From positions 43,101 through 107,100 of the forward strand of contig JAWODM010000034.1 of the NCBI GenBank assembly GCA_046483305.1: a stretch of 64,000 nt of DNA, written 5' to 3'. Below the pieces are notes generated by a model. It saw only the letters and a list, made by a program, of their open reading frames with translations. It ran no database searches and had not been told where the DNA came from. Positions 1 through 8,782 of this stretch are shown in pieces; within the stretch, counting starts at the first letter, position 1, and every line of letters starts with the position of its first letter. A program made the translations under genes and the position numbers. This stretch comes from Candidatus Krumholzibacteriales bacterium (GTDB lineage Bacteria > Krumholzibacteriota > Krumholzibacteriia > Krumholzibacteriales > WJIX01).

Positions 1-127
1 CTTATTAATAACAGAATTTTTCCCTGATTTTTTACCCTACGGCGCCATTCAGCGGAATTGGATGTTCAATATCTTTTCAGAGCTTCCTTGATTACGCGCC
101 GGCCCGGGGTGGCGATCAAGGAAATAA

Positions 128-229
128 TGTTAAATATAGATAACAAATTGTAAAACACACTTGACATGATGATAGAATATGATTAAAATATGTATAGTAT
201 ACCTTACAATTAGTAAAGGATATTAAACA
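128..229. promoter_or_regulatory. Array of TGT-N12-ACA operators in 21-bp phase overlapping a sigma70 promoter
   Basis: 18-bp sites start at 128, 149 and 191 (exact TGT..ACA), 212 (AGT..ACA) and 170 (degenerate TGA..AAA). TTGACA at 161-166 and TAAAAT at 184-189 are 17 bp apart. Confidence 0.75.
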
Positions 230-268
230 TTGAAACCGGCACAGAGCTGATAGAGGGGAGCTGATGTT

Positions 269-481
269 ATGAAACTTGGAAACAACCTGAGACGGTGCAG
301 GTTCGAAATGAACGAAATGACTCAGGAGGAACTGGCAAAGGAGGTAGGCGTTACCAGGCAGACCATTATTTCGATCGAGAAGAACAGGTATGTGCCCTCA
401 ACCCTGCTGGCGCTCAAGCTGGCGAAATTCATGGGTAAGAGATTCGAGGAGGTCTTTTATCTTATCGAAGAAGATGACTGA
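269..481 (+). CDS. XRE-family helix-turn-helix transcriptional regulator
   Basis: MTQEELAKEVGVTRQTIISIEKNRYVPS is a typical HTH_3 motif; GAGGGGAG RBS upstream. Confidence 0.95.
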   Translation: MKLGNNLRRCRFEMNEMTQEELAKEVGVTRQTIISIEKNRYVPSTLLALKLAKFMGKRFEEVFYLIEEDD

Positions 482-517
482 TTATCATACTTAAGGTTAA
501 AATGAAAGGAGCCTTAA

Positions 518-994
518 ATGAATACCAAGCTGTTTGTTCTTATAATTCTTGTCCTGGGGGTTGCCGCATTTTATCTGCTCCCGAGAACCAGGCTCAGCGG
601 GAGGCTGAAGATGAATGAAAAACTCTTCTGCGCTGTGAATGTAATCGGTGTGATCTGCGGGGCAGCCGGCCTGGCCCTCTCGCTGGCCATGGGCGGGAAG
701 ATACTTACCGGGCACTACTTTGAGCTGATTCTTCTTCCCGCGGTGCTGGTATATCTCTATTCCGCGATGATCATGAAATCGACCGGAAATGAAGCCGCAT
801 ATGACGAAAAGCAGAATTACAATATGACCCAGGCGGCGGCGTTATCTCTGCCGTTTTCGGTGGCGGGAATGTTCATTCTGTACGCCCTGTACAGGGAATC
901 GGTTTTCGGGGGAATGGTCTGGTTCCCAGTGTACCTGTTCCTGAACCTGACCGTATACTCGGCGGGGGTCCTGGCATTTTTCAGAAAAAATTGA
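518..994 (+). CDS. Multi-pass membrane protein (DUF2178/DUF3796-like)
   Basis: About 5 hydrophobic helices, a 'YDEKQ' loop motif and an AGGAG RBS; this type commonly pairs with small XRE genes. Confidence 0.75.
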   Translation: MNTKLFVLIILVLGVAAFYLLPRTRLSGRLKMNEKLFCAVNVIGVICGAAGLALSLAMGGKILTGHYFELILLPAVLVYLYSAMIMKSTGNEAAYDEKQNYNMTQAAALSLPFSVAGMFILYALYRESVFGGMVWFPVYLFLNLTVYSAGVLAFFRKN

Positions 995-1018
995 TATAGA
1001 ATTGATTTGTAAAACGAT

Positions 1019-1249
1019 CATCACGTAGTATATATACTACGTGATGTTAAGCATATTATAAGATATTTAGCCTTATATGGTTATGTTTTAAATTATAATA
1101 ACTATTTAAGAAGGCATTAAATCACCTTATATTATGTAGTATATATACTACATAATATGAACTAAAATTATCGAAATATATTTTCAGTCTATTGACAACA
1201 AAGGAATTACAGATTATACTATATATAAAGTCTGTAGTATATATACCAA
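1019..1249. promoter_or_regulatory. Three GTAGTATATATACTAC-core palindromes and a sigma70 promoter upstream of the antitoxin gene
   Basis: Perfect palindromes at 1019-1046 (28 bp) and 1129-1158 (30 bp), partial copy at 1234-1249. TTGACA at 1192-1197 and TATACT at 1215-1220 are 17 bp apart. Confidence 0.75.
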
Positions 1250-1259
1250 AGGAAAAGAC

Positions 1260-2138
1260 ATGAGTCCTACAAGATTTCAAATAGCAAAAAAAGATATTGT
1301 TAACTACTTTGAAGAATTAGAAGAAAATATTCTTACACATAGTGATATCTCCGATATACTTTTTAGAGAACGTGAGTTCTGGCGTTTACCAAAAAATATG
1401 ACATCCAATAGTTTTATTGACACTCTTATAAGAGAGACAAAATTACAAATGCATAGATTTGAATTTCCTTATCGCCCGTCAACAATATATTCCTGGGGAG
1501 ATGTTTCAGAATATCAATTATATCTATCATTAAAACCTAATTCTTATTTTTCTCATTATACAGCAATGTACTTACATAATCTAACAGATCAAATTCCAAA
1601 AAATGTATATATAAACTCTGAACAGTCCCCTAAGCCTCAACAAAGAGGCAAGCTATTACAAGCTAATATTAACAAAGCTTTTTCTAGACCTCAAAGAACA
1701 ACTAATAATATAACCACATACAATGAACATAAAATATATATGTTAAGTGGTAAATATACTGACAACTTAGGGGTAACAAAGCTGAAGACTGAAGATAATG
1801 GTAATATCACAGTGACAAATATTGAAAGAACTTTGATTGATATAGTGGTTAGACCGATTTACTCAGGTGGAATTTATGAGGTATTAAATGCATACAAAGC
1901 AGCTAAAGGGAAAGTATCAATAAATAAAATAGTTGCATACTTAAGTAAACTAAAATACAAATACCCATATCATCAATCTATTGGATTTCTACTAGAAACA
2001 ACACTATATGACGAATCAAAAATTGAATTGCTTATGGATTTTGATATTTCAAATAAATTTTACTTATCTCATCAAATGAAAGACAAGGCTTTTTCTGAAA
2101 AATGGCAACTCTATTATCCAAAGGGTATGATAAGTTAA
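1260..2138 (+). CDS. Type IV toxin-antitoxin antitoxin, AbiEi family
   Basis: YFSHYTAMYLHNLTDQIP and VTNIERTLID motifs; AT-rich; adjacent to an AbiEii-like gene. Confidence 0.8.
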   Translation: MSPTRFQIAKKDIVNYFEELEENILTHSDISDILFREREFWRLPKNMTSNSFIDTLIRETKLQMHRFEFPYRPSTIYSWGDVSEYQLYLSLKPNSYFSHYTAMYLHNLTDQIPKNVYINSEQSPKPQQRGKLLQANINKAFSRPQRTTNNITTYNEHKIYMLSGKYTDNLGVTKLKTEDNGNITVTNIERTLIDIVVRPIYSGGIYEVLNAYKAAKGKVSINKIVAYLSKLKYKYPYHQSIGFLLETTLYDESKIELLMDFDISNKFYLSHQMKDKAFSEKWQLYYPKGMIS

Positions 2139-2989
2139 TTGCAGAAATTCTCCAAAAAGAAATCAAAGTAATAATTGAAATCCCCTGATCTTTCTTCAGC
2201 ATTAGTTGTTGCCAAAACAGAGGGGAAATCTTGAGCGTGGAAGTCCCTATATTTATAAATTATTCGCAATAAGCTAAGTGGGACTTTTTTTGATTCAAAA
2301 ATCTTTTGCATAATTTCCCTATTATTATCTATACCAATTGAAAAATTATTCATTAGTAAATGAATATCATAGAAATCTCTTGCTCTTGGTTTAATAGTCA
2401 TAGTGTTAACTATTTGTTTATATTCTTCAGTTTGTTGGCAAATTGCTCTTGCTTTCTCAAAGACTATCATTTCAGGCGAATATACATATAGGTTATAATC
2501 TTCTATTTTCCCCCTTTGTTTATTACTGCAGTATTCAAATTTACTAATGTCAATTTTAAAGGTTTTCCTTTGTTTAGGTCCGACTACTAATGCTCTTCTT
2601 CTCAATTTATCTTTATTATCTTTATATTTATCAAATGAATTCTGATCAATAATTTTAAAACTAATTTTGTATCCTCCCCAAAATGTTTTTAAATTTTCTG
2701 ATATCTTTTCTGGGACTTCCTCAAATTTGAAATCAATAATTTCATATCCTTTTCTTATAAATGCTTCTTTTAATGTTTTTTCTAATTTTTCTGAAATTAA
2801 TCCAAATTCTAATTTAGTGAATTCACCATTAATTGAATAATCAATATCAATAGAAGATCTAGCTGAAATATTAAAAATATAGTTTATAGCATTACCACCT
2901 TTTAAAACCAGTCTCTCCAATAGATAATCATCTGAAACTAGAGCTATAATTGCAGTCTTTCTTATTTCATCCTCATAATTATTATTCAT
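2135..2989 (-). CDS. Type IV toxin-antitoxin toxin, AbiEii/AbiGii nucleotidyltransferase
   Basis: LVLKGGNAI, RSSIDIDYS, EK and RARDFYDI motifs of DNA pol beta-like AbiEii nucleotidyltransferases. Confidence 0.9.
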   Translation of the reverse strand: MNNNYEDEIRKTAIIALVSDDYLLERLVLKGGNAINYIFNISARSSIDIDYSINGEFTKLEFGLISEKLEKTLKEAFIRKGYEIIDFKFEEVPEKISENLKTFWGGYKISFKIIDQNSFDKYKDNKDKLRRRALVVGPKQRKTFKIDISKFEYCSNKQRGKIEDYNLYVYSPEMIVFEKARAICQQTEEYKQIVNTMTIKPRARDFYDIHLLMNNFSIGIDNNREIMQKIFESKKVPLSLLRIIYKYRDFHAQDFPSVLATTNAEERSGDFNYYFDFFLENFCN

Positions 2990-3112
2990 AAAAATAGCTG
3001 ATTTCTATTCCAGTTACTTATTTAGAAATATTTCCACAATTATAATATACTTGGATAATGCTTAATATATACATCAATATCGTATAAAAAAAAGGGTAAA
3101 AAAAGTAAACAT

Positions 3113-3141
3113 TTGAACGGAATCATAATTTATGATATAAT
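3113..3141 (+). promoter_or_regulatory. Sigma70 promoter for the leader/cysteine synthase transcript
   Basis: TTGAAC at 3113-3118, 17-bp spacer, extended -10 TGaTATAAT at 3133-3141. Confidence 0.65.
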
Positions 3142-3172
3142 TAAACCGTTGAATTTTACAGGAGAAGAAAAA

Positions 3173-3244
3173 ATGATAAAAGTCATGATGCACGTCAACT
3201 GTTGTTGTAGTCCCGAAAAATATCCGGGATACGTGTATCGATGA
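3173..3244 (+). CDS. Cysteine attenuator leader peptide MIKVMMHVNCCCSPEKYPGYVYR (23 aa)
   Basis: CAGGAG RBS at 3159-3164, ATG at 3173, TGT-TGT-TGT at 3200-3208, TGA at 3242-3244; lies between the promoter and a terminator in front of cysteine synthase. Confidence 0.85.
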   Translation: MIKVMMHVNCCCSPEKYPGYVYR

Positions 3245-3271
3245 CCCTTTGAAAATACTGTTATCGACGCG

Positions 3272-3305
3272 GGGCTCCCGGAATTTTCCGGGAGCCCTTT
3301 TTTTT
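3272..3305 (+). terminator. Intrinsic terminator (attenuator) upstream of cysteine synthase
   Basis: GGGCTCCCGGAA/TTCCGGGAGCCC inverted repeat (3272-3297) followed by T8 (3298-3305). Confidence 0.9.
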
Positions 3306-3322
3306 AGGGGGAAGAAAGCAGA

Positions 3323-4213
3323 ATGATATACGGAAATATATTGATGAAGGTCGGGAATACCCCGTCGGTAAGGCTTCGGAGTTTTGAGAGGGGCCCGGAT
3401 GTGGAGATTTACGCCAAGCTGGAAGGAGAGAACCCCAGCGGTTCAATCAAGGACCGGGTTGCCATCCATATGATAGAGAAGGCGGAATCTCGCGGCGAGT
3501 TGAAGCCGGGAAAGACTATTCTGGAGGCGACCAGCGGGAATATGGGGATATCGCTGGCTATGGTTGGCGCCCGGAGGGGTTATTCAGTGAAAATAATAAT
3601 GTCTGAGAAGGTAAGCAGCGAGAGAGCGGTACTGGTCAGGAGTTACGGAGCGGAGCTGGAGCTGACGGGGGAAAGATCAGGTACCCGGGGTGCTCTGGAG
3701 AGGGCCAGGGAACTTGCTGACAGGTATCCTGACAGATACTGGCTGGCGGACCAGTTCAACAACAGCGATAATACCGAAGCCCATTACCGGACAACCGCGG
3801 CGGAACTTCTCAGGGACATCGGTGATATAGACGGGGTGGTTGCCGGTGTGGGCACCGGCGGCACCCTGGGGGGGATCGCCGCCAGATTCAGGGAGGATTC
3901 TCCCGATACCAGGATATTCGGTGTTATCCCTCCGAAGGGATACCAGATACAGGGCCTTCAGAATCCCGAAGAGGATTTCAGCGGAGAAATCTTCAGCTCC
4001 GATCTGATGGATGACAGGATATATGTAGATAGAAGGGATGCCTTCAATACGGCTAGAATGATTGCGAGAACAGACGGAATCTTTGTGGGTATGAGTTCGG
4101 GGGCGGCAGTTTTTGCCGCGGTGGAGGCGGCGGAGAGGATAGGAAGGGGAAGAGTAGCGGTAATAATTCCGGACATGGGGGAAAAGTACCTGAGCACAGG
4201 GCTTTTCGGTTAG
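3323..4213 (+). CDS. cysM: Cysteine synthase (O-acetylserine sulfhydrylase, CysK/CysM family)
   Basis: KLEGENPSGSIKDR PLP-lysine motif, EATSGN, GVGTGGT, GMSSGA, PDMGEKYLST. The cysM versus cysK call is tentative. Confidence 0.93.
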   Translation: MIYGNILMKVGNTPSVRLRSFERGPDVEIYAKLEGENPSGSIKDRVAIHMIEKAESRGELKPGKTILEATSGNMGISLAMVGARRGYSVKIIMSEKVSSERAVLVRSYGAELELTGERSGTRGALERARELADRYPDRYWLADQFNNSDNTEAHYRTTAAELLRDIGDIDGVVAGVGTGGTLGGIAARFREDSPDTRIFGVIPPKGYQIQGLQNPEEDFSGEIFSSDLMDDRIYVDRRDAFNTARMIARTDGIFVGMSSGAAVFAAVEAAERIGRGRVAVIIPDMGEKYLSTGLFG

Positions 4214-4392
4214 GAGGGCCGGTTACAGGGGACGGCCCTCCTGGCGGCTCACTGATTTTCCGCCACAGTAATAAACTGATAATAGTTATACATTTCTGAG
4301 AATTTATATTATACTCAAAAACTGATTATGTTTTTGCCGGGGCGGATAAGGTTCCGCTCCCTGACTGCCCGGTTAAATGAAAGGTTAGATCG

Positions 4393-5364
4393 ATGAGAGT
4401 TCTAATTACCGGTATAACAGGTTTTGCCGGGAGCCACCTGGCCGACCTGTGCCTCGAGAAGGATGATGTCGAGCTTTTCGGAATCATAAGATGGCGCAGC
4501 CGGACTGAAAATATCGAACATATATGGGATCAGCTGGAGCTTCTGGAATGCGATCTGAGGGATGCCAATTCCACCAGGGATGTAATTGAACAGATAGAAC
4601 CGGAATATATTTTTCATCTGGCCGCTCAGAGTTTCGTCCCAACCTCCTGGAACGCCCCCAGCGAATCTTTGAGCACCAACATACTGGGCGAACTGAATCT
4701 TTTCGAAGCGGTCAGGAAAGCGGGGCTGTCATGCAGAATTCAGATCGCCTGTTCCAGCGAGGAATACGGAATGGTGCTGGAAGAAGAAGTCCCCATAAAG
4801 GAAACCAACCCCCTGCGTCCGCTGAGTCCCTACGGAGTAAGCAAGGTGGGGCAGGACCTGCTCGGGTACCAGTACTATATGAGCTACGGGATGGAGATTG
4901 TAAGAACCAGGGGGTTCAATCATACCGGGCCGAGAAGAGGGCCGGTATTCGTATGTTCAGACTTCGCCAAGCAGATAACAGAGATAGAATCGGGCAGGAA
5001 GGAACCGGTCATACAGGTGGGAAATCTGGAAGCCAGGCGCGATTTTACCGATGTAAGAGATATGGTCAGGGGTTACTGGCTCTCGCTGGAAAGTGGCAGG
5101 GCCGGCGAAGTTTATAATATCTGCTCAGGCAGGAGCCACAGTATTCAAAGTATCCTGGATAAGCTGATCGAAATAAGCGGGGTAAAGCTGGAGGTGAGGC
5201 AGGATGAGTGCAGGCTGCGGCCCAGCGATGTTCCGCTGCTGGAAGGCGATTACAGTAAGTTCGCGGCGGATACCGGCTGGGAACCGGAGATACCTCTGGA
5301 AGAGACCCTTTCCGATCTCCTTGAATTCTGGCGCCAGAATCCGGACAGGGGTAAATTAATCTGA
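4393..5364 (+). CDS. GDP-mannose 4,6-dehydratase / GDP-4-keto-6-deoxymannose reductase family SDR
   Basis: GITGFAGSHL, HLAAQSFV, SSEEYG, YGVSK, FNHTGP and RDFTDVRD motifs. Confidence 0.92.
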   Translation: MRVLITGITGFAGSHLADLCLEKDDVELFGIIRWRSRTENIEHIWDQLELLECDLRDANSTRDVIEQIEPEYIFHLAAQSFVPTSWNAPSESLSTNILGELNLFEAVRKAGLSCRIQIACSSEEYGMVLEEEVPIKETNPLRPLSPYGVSKVGQDLLGYQYYMSYGMEIVRTRGFNHTGPRRGPVFVCSDFAKQITEIESGRKEPVIQVGNLEARRDFTDVRDMVRGYWLSLESGRAGEVYNICSGRSHSIQSILDKLIEISGVKLEVRQDECRLRPSDVPLLEGDYSKFAADTGWEPEIPLEETLSDLLEFWRQNPDRGKLI

Positions 5365-5373
5365 TTATTCATT

Positions 5374-6327
5374 ATGCGAGTTTTAATTACTGGTGCATAC
5401 GGTTTTGTGGGCAGGTATATGGCCCGTGAAATGGCTGAGGCGGGATTCGAAGTCCTGGCAACGGATATCATCGATCCTGATGAGGCGAAGAAGGCTCTGC
5501 CGGAAGGAGCCGCTTACAGAGAATGCAATCTTCTGAGCGGTAATGAAGTGAATGGGCTGCTGGAGGAGCCCCTCCCCGGCCTGGTAATCCATCTCGCAGC
5601 TCTCAGCTCAGGGCGCAAATCGATTTCGGCGCCTCTGGAGACTTTCCGGACCAACATTATCGGATTTGTAAATCTCCTGGAAGGGGTGAGAAGAAGCGGA
5701 GGGGATATCAGAGTACTGGCGGTCGGTTCCGGCGAGGAGTATGGCAGAAAGAGGCCGGGCGAAATGCCGATCAGCGAAGACGCGGCGATAGGACCGGCAA
5801 ATCCATACGCTGCCAGCAAGGCGTCCCAGACTATCATCGGACTGCAGTATCACCGGACTTACAATATGGACCTGGTGGCCACCCGGAGTTTCAATCATAC
5901 CGGACCCGGCCAGACCGATACTTTCGTGTTGCCCTCATTCGCCCGAAAATGCGCCGAGATTGCGGCGGGGGCCAGGGAGCCGGTCCTCAGGACCGGGAAT
6001 CTCGAGATAGTGCGAGATTTTCTTGATGTCAGGGATGTGGTGAAAGCTTACCGGATGCTTTGTGAGAAAGGCCGTGCCGGAAAGGTATACAATGTATGCT
6101 CGGGAGAGGGCCTGAAATTGAAAGAAGCACTTGACATAATGGTCGAACAGTTTGATATAGATGTTGATAAGGGTAAGGACCCGGAATTGTACAGGCCGGC
6201 TGATGTGCCCGTATTCGTCGGGGACAACAGCATGCTTTCGGAGGAGACCGGGTGGAAGAGAAACATCACGGCAACGGAGATGCTGTCTGACCTTGTGGAT
6301 TACTGGAGAAGCCTTTATGGTGGATAA
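5374..6327 (+). CDS. Second GDP-sugar dehydratase/reductase-family SDR (tandem paralog)
   Basis: GAYGFVG, YAASK, FNHTGPGQ and RDFLDVRD motifs. Confidence 0.9.
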   Translation: MRVLITGAYGFVGRYMAREMAEAGFEVLATDIIDPDEAKKALPEGAAYRECNLLSGNEVNGLLEEPLPGLVIHLAALSSGRKSISAPLETFRTNIIGFVNLLEGVRRSGGDIRVLAVGSGEEYGRKRPGEMPISEDAAIGPANPYAASKASQTIIGLQYHRTYNMDLVATRSFNHTGPGQTDTFVLPSFARKCAEIAAGAREPVLRTGNLEIVRDFLDVRDVVKAYRMLCEKGRAGKVYNVCSGEGLKLKEALDIMVEQFDIDVDKGKDPELYRPADVPVFVGDNSMLSEETGWKRNITATEMLSDLVDYWRSLYGG

Positions 6328-6362
6328 GGTACAGTAGCTTTGAAAGAAAGTGGGAGTTGTCA

Positions 6363-7667
6363 ATGCCTGATATATGTATGGTTGGAACAGGTTATGTAGG
6401 GCTGGTGAGCGGCGCCTGCCTGGCTGATTTTGGAAATACAGTCATATGCGTGGATATAAACGAGGACAGAATTTCTCAGATAAAGAACGGCATTATACCG
6501 ATTTATGAACCGGGGCTCAAGGAGCTGGTAAGCAGAAACAGAGATTCCGGCAGGTTATTTTTTGCCACCGATCTGGAAGAAGGGGTGAGAAAATCGGATG
6601 TTATCTTCTCCGCGGTGGGAACCCCCATGGGGGAAGACGGTTCGGCCGACCTCGGCGCGGTTTTCCGTGTTGCCGCTGATGTGGCCGGCTATATGAAACA
6701 GTACAAGGTGTTCGTTCAGAAGAGTACAGTCCCGGTAGGTACTTCAGAGAAGGTGGGGCAGATTATCAGGGAAAATCTCAAGGGAGATATCGACTTTGAG
6801 AGGGTATCCAACCCGGAATTCCTGAGAGAAGGATCCGCCATTGAGGATTTCATGCGCCCCAATAGAGTTGTTATCGGGGTGGACAGCCCCAGGGCAAGGG
6901 AGATCATGAGAGAGATTTACCGCCCGCTCTACCTGCTGGAAACGCCGGTGGTATTCACTTCGGTCAGAACAGCCGAGCTTATCAAGTACGCCAGCAATTC
7001 GTTCCTGGCTGTGAAGATATCATTCATAAACGAGATAGCGGACCTCTGTGAGAAACTGGGCGCGGATATCAGCGATGTGGCCAAAGCCATGGGCCTGGAC
7101 AGGAGGATCGGGCCCAAATTTCTTCACGCCGGTATCGGTTACGGGGGATCCTGCCTCCCCAAGGACGTGGCAGCCATACTTCATACGGCGGAAACCCACG
7201 GGGTGGACCTCAGGATTATCTCCGGGGCCGACAGGGTCAACAATGCAAGGGTGGACAGGCTGATGGAAAAGGTATACTCCGAATTCCCCGGTATTAAGGG
7301 AATAGATATAGCCCTGCTGGGGCTTTCATTCAAGCCGAACACCGACGATGTGCGCGACGCCCCGTCACTGAGGTTCATAGACCGGGCGCTGGAGGAGGGA
7401 GCGGAGCTGAGAGTTTATGATCCGATCGCCATGGATAACGTCAAGGAGATATACGGTTCGAAGCTCAAATATTTCGATAACGCCTACGGCGCTATCGAGG
7501 GGGCGGAAGCGCTGGTTATAATGACCGAATGGAATGAATTCAGAGTGCTCGATATGGACAGGGTGGAGGAACTGATGAAGGGCAGGGCGATCTTCGACTG
7601 CCGCAACATATATAAGGACGTCGATCTCGAGAGTAAGGGGTTCTCGTATCATTCGTTCGGCCGCTGA
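6363..7667 (+). CDS. ugd: UDP-glucose 6-dehydrogenase
   Basis: GTGYVG, SNPEFLREG and GYGGSCLPKD (catalytic Cys); ATG at 6363 preferred. Confidence 0.95.
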   Translation: MPDICMVGTGYVGLVSGACLADFGNTVICVDINEDRISQIKNGIIPIYEPGLKELVSRNRDSGRLFFATDLEEGVRKSDVIFSAVGTPMGEDGSADLGAVFRVAADVAGYMKQYKVFVQKSTVPVGTSEKVGQIIRENLKGDIDFERVSNPEFLREGSAIEDFMRPNRVVIGVDSPRAREIMREIYRPLYLLETPVVFTSVRTAELIKYASNSFLAVKISFINEIADLCEKLGADISDVAKAMGLDRRIGPKFLHAGIGYGGSCLPKDVAAILHTAETHGVDLRIISGADRVNNARVDRLMEKVYSEFPGIKGIDIALLGLSFKPNTDDVRDAPSLRFIDRALEEGAELRVYDPIAMDNVKEIYGSKLKYFDNAYGAIEGAEALVIMTEWNEFRVLDMDRVEELMKGRAIFDCRNIYKDVDLESKGFSYHSFGR

Positions 7668-7751
7668 CCCGCCTGGCCTCCGGTTCCCCTGCCGGAACCG
7701 GGAGTTTTCTCCCGGCTGTGCGGAAACGCGGTTTGCGAGAGGATGTAACTG

Positions 7752-8780
7752 ATGAGGAAAATTCTGGTCACCGGAGGAGCCGGGTTTATCGGATCCAATT
7801 TCGTTAAAATGATTCTGGAAAGGAAGAGCCGTAACCATGTGATAGTTCTGGATAAACTCACCTACGCCGGGAATATAGATAATCTTGAGGGGTATATGAA
7901 TAATCCCGGGCTTGATTTTGTGAGGGGCGACATCGGAAACGGGCAGCTTCTGGACCTGCTGGTGCCGGGGGTGGATATAATTTATAATTTCGCCGCTGAA
8001 ACGCACGTGGACCGTTCCATCCTGGAGGGCGGTTCTTTTGTGAGAACCGACGTGATGGGTACCTTCACGCTTCTTCAGAAAGCCATGGAGCATGAGGTGC
8101 CCCGTTTTGTGCAGGTCTCCACTGACGAAGTATATGGGAGTATTGAAAAGGGAAAGTTCAGGGAAACCGATCCGATAAGGCCTAACAGCCCCTATTCAGC
8201 CTCCAAATCGGGAGCGGATCTGCTGGTAAGGGCCTTCTACAAAACATATGGACTGCCGGTTCTGATAACCAGAAGTTCCAATAATTACGGGCCGTTCCAG
8301 CATCCCGAAAAATTCATTCCGTTGTTTATCACCAATGCTCTTGAGGGCAGGGAACTTCCGCTCTACGGAGACGGCAGGAATGTAAGAGACTGGATCTATG
8401 TTGAGGATAACTGCCGTGCTATCGATCTGGTGGGGAGGAGGGGCAGAATCGGAGAGGTATACAATATCGGCGCCGGCGCGGAGAAGGAGAACCGTTATAT
8501 CGCCGGGAAGATACTGGAACTGACCGGAGCTGATAGCGGACTGCTCAAACTGGTTTCCGACAGGCCGGGACACGACAGAAGGTACGCAATAGACTCGCGC
8601 AAGATTAAATCTCTGGGATGGAAGAACAGGACAGCTTTCCCGGAGGGGCTCGAAAAGACCGTTAAGTGGTACATGAAGAATAAGAGCTGGTGGAAGAGAA
8701 TCAAGGAAGGCAGTTTCAGGGACTATTACGACAGAATGTACAGTCAGCGGCTTGAGGAATCTTCTGACGGGAAAGGTTGA
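7752..8780 (+). CDS. rfbB: dTDP-glucose 4,6-dehydratase
   Basis: GGAGFIG, DKLTYAGN, AAETHVDRSI, STDEVYG, YSASK and DRPGHDRRY motifs. Confidence 0.96.
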   Translation: MRKILVTGGAGFIGSNFVKMILERKSRNHVIVLDKLTYAGNIDNLEGYMNNPGLDFVRGDIGNGQLLDLLVPGVDIIYNFAAETHVDRSILEGGSFVRTDVMGTFTLLQKAMEHEVPRFVQVSTDEVYGSIEKGKFRETDPIRPNSPYSASKSGADLLVRAFYKTYGLPVLITRSSNNYGPFQHPEKFIPLFITNALEGRELPLYGDGRNVRDWIYVEDNCRAIDLVGRRGRIGEVYNIGAGAEKENRYIAGKILELTGADSGLLKLVSDRPGHDRRYAIDSRKIKSLGWKNRTAFPEGLEKTVKWYMKNKSWWKRIKEGSFRDYYDRMYSQRLEESSDGKG

Positions 8781-8782
8781 TA

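Noticed and set aside
1019..1249. CRISPR array or LexA SOS boxes
   Set aside because: Only three copies with spacers of 75-80 bp and dissimilar flanks, and no cas genes. The core GTAG-N8-CTAC does not match CTGT-N8-ACAG or GAAC-N4-GTTC.
4212..4242. Terminator after cysteine synthase
   Set aside because: A 10-bp stem is present but has an 11-nt loop and no U-tract, so it is insufficient for a terminator call.
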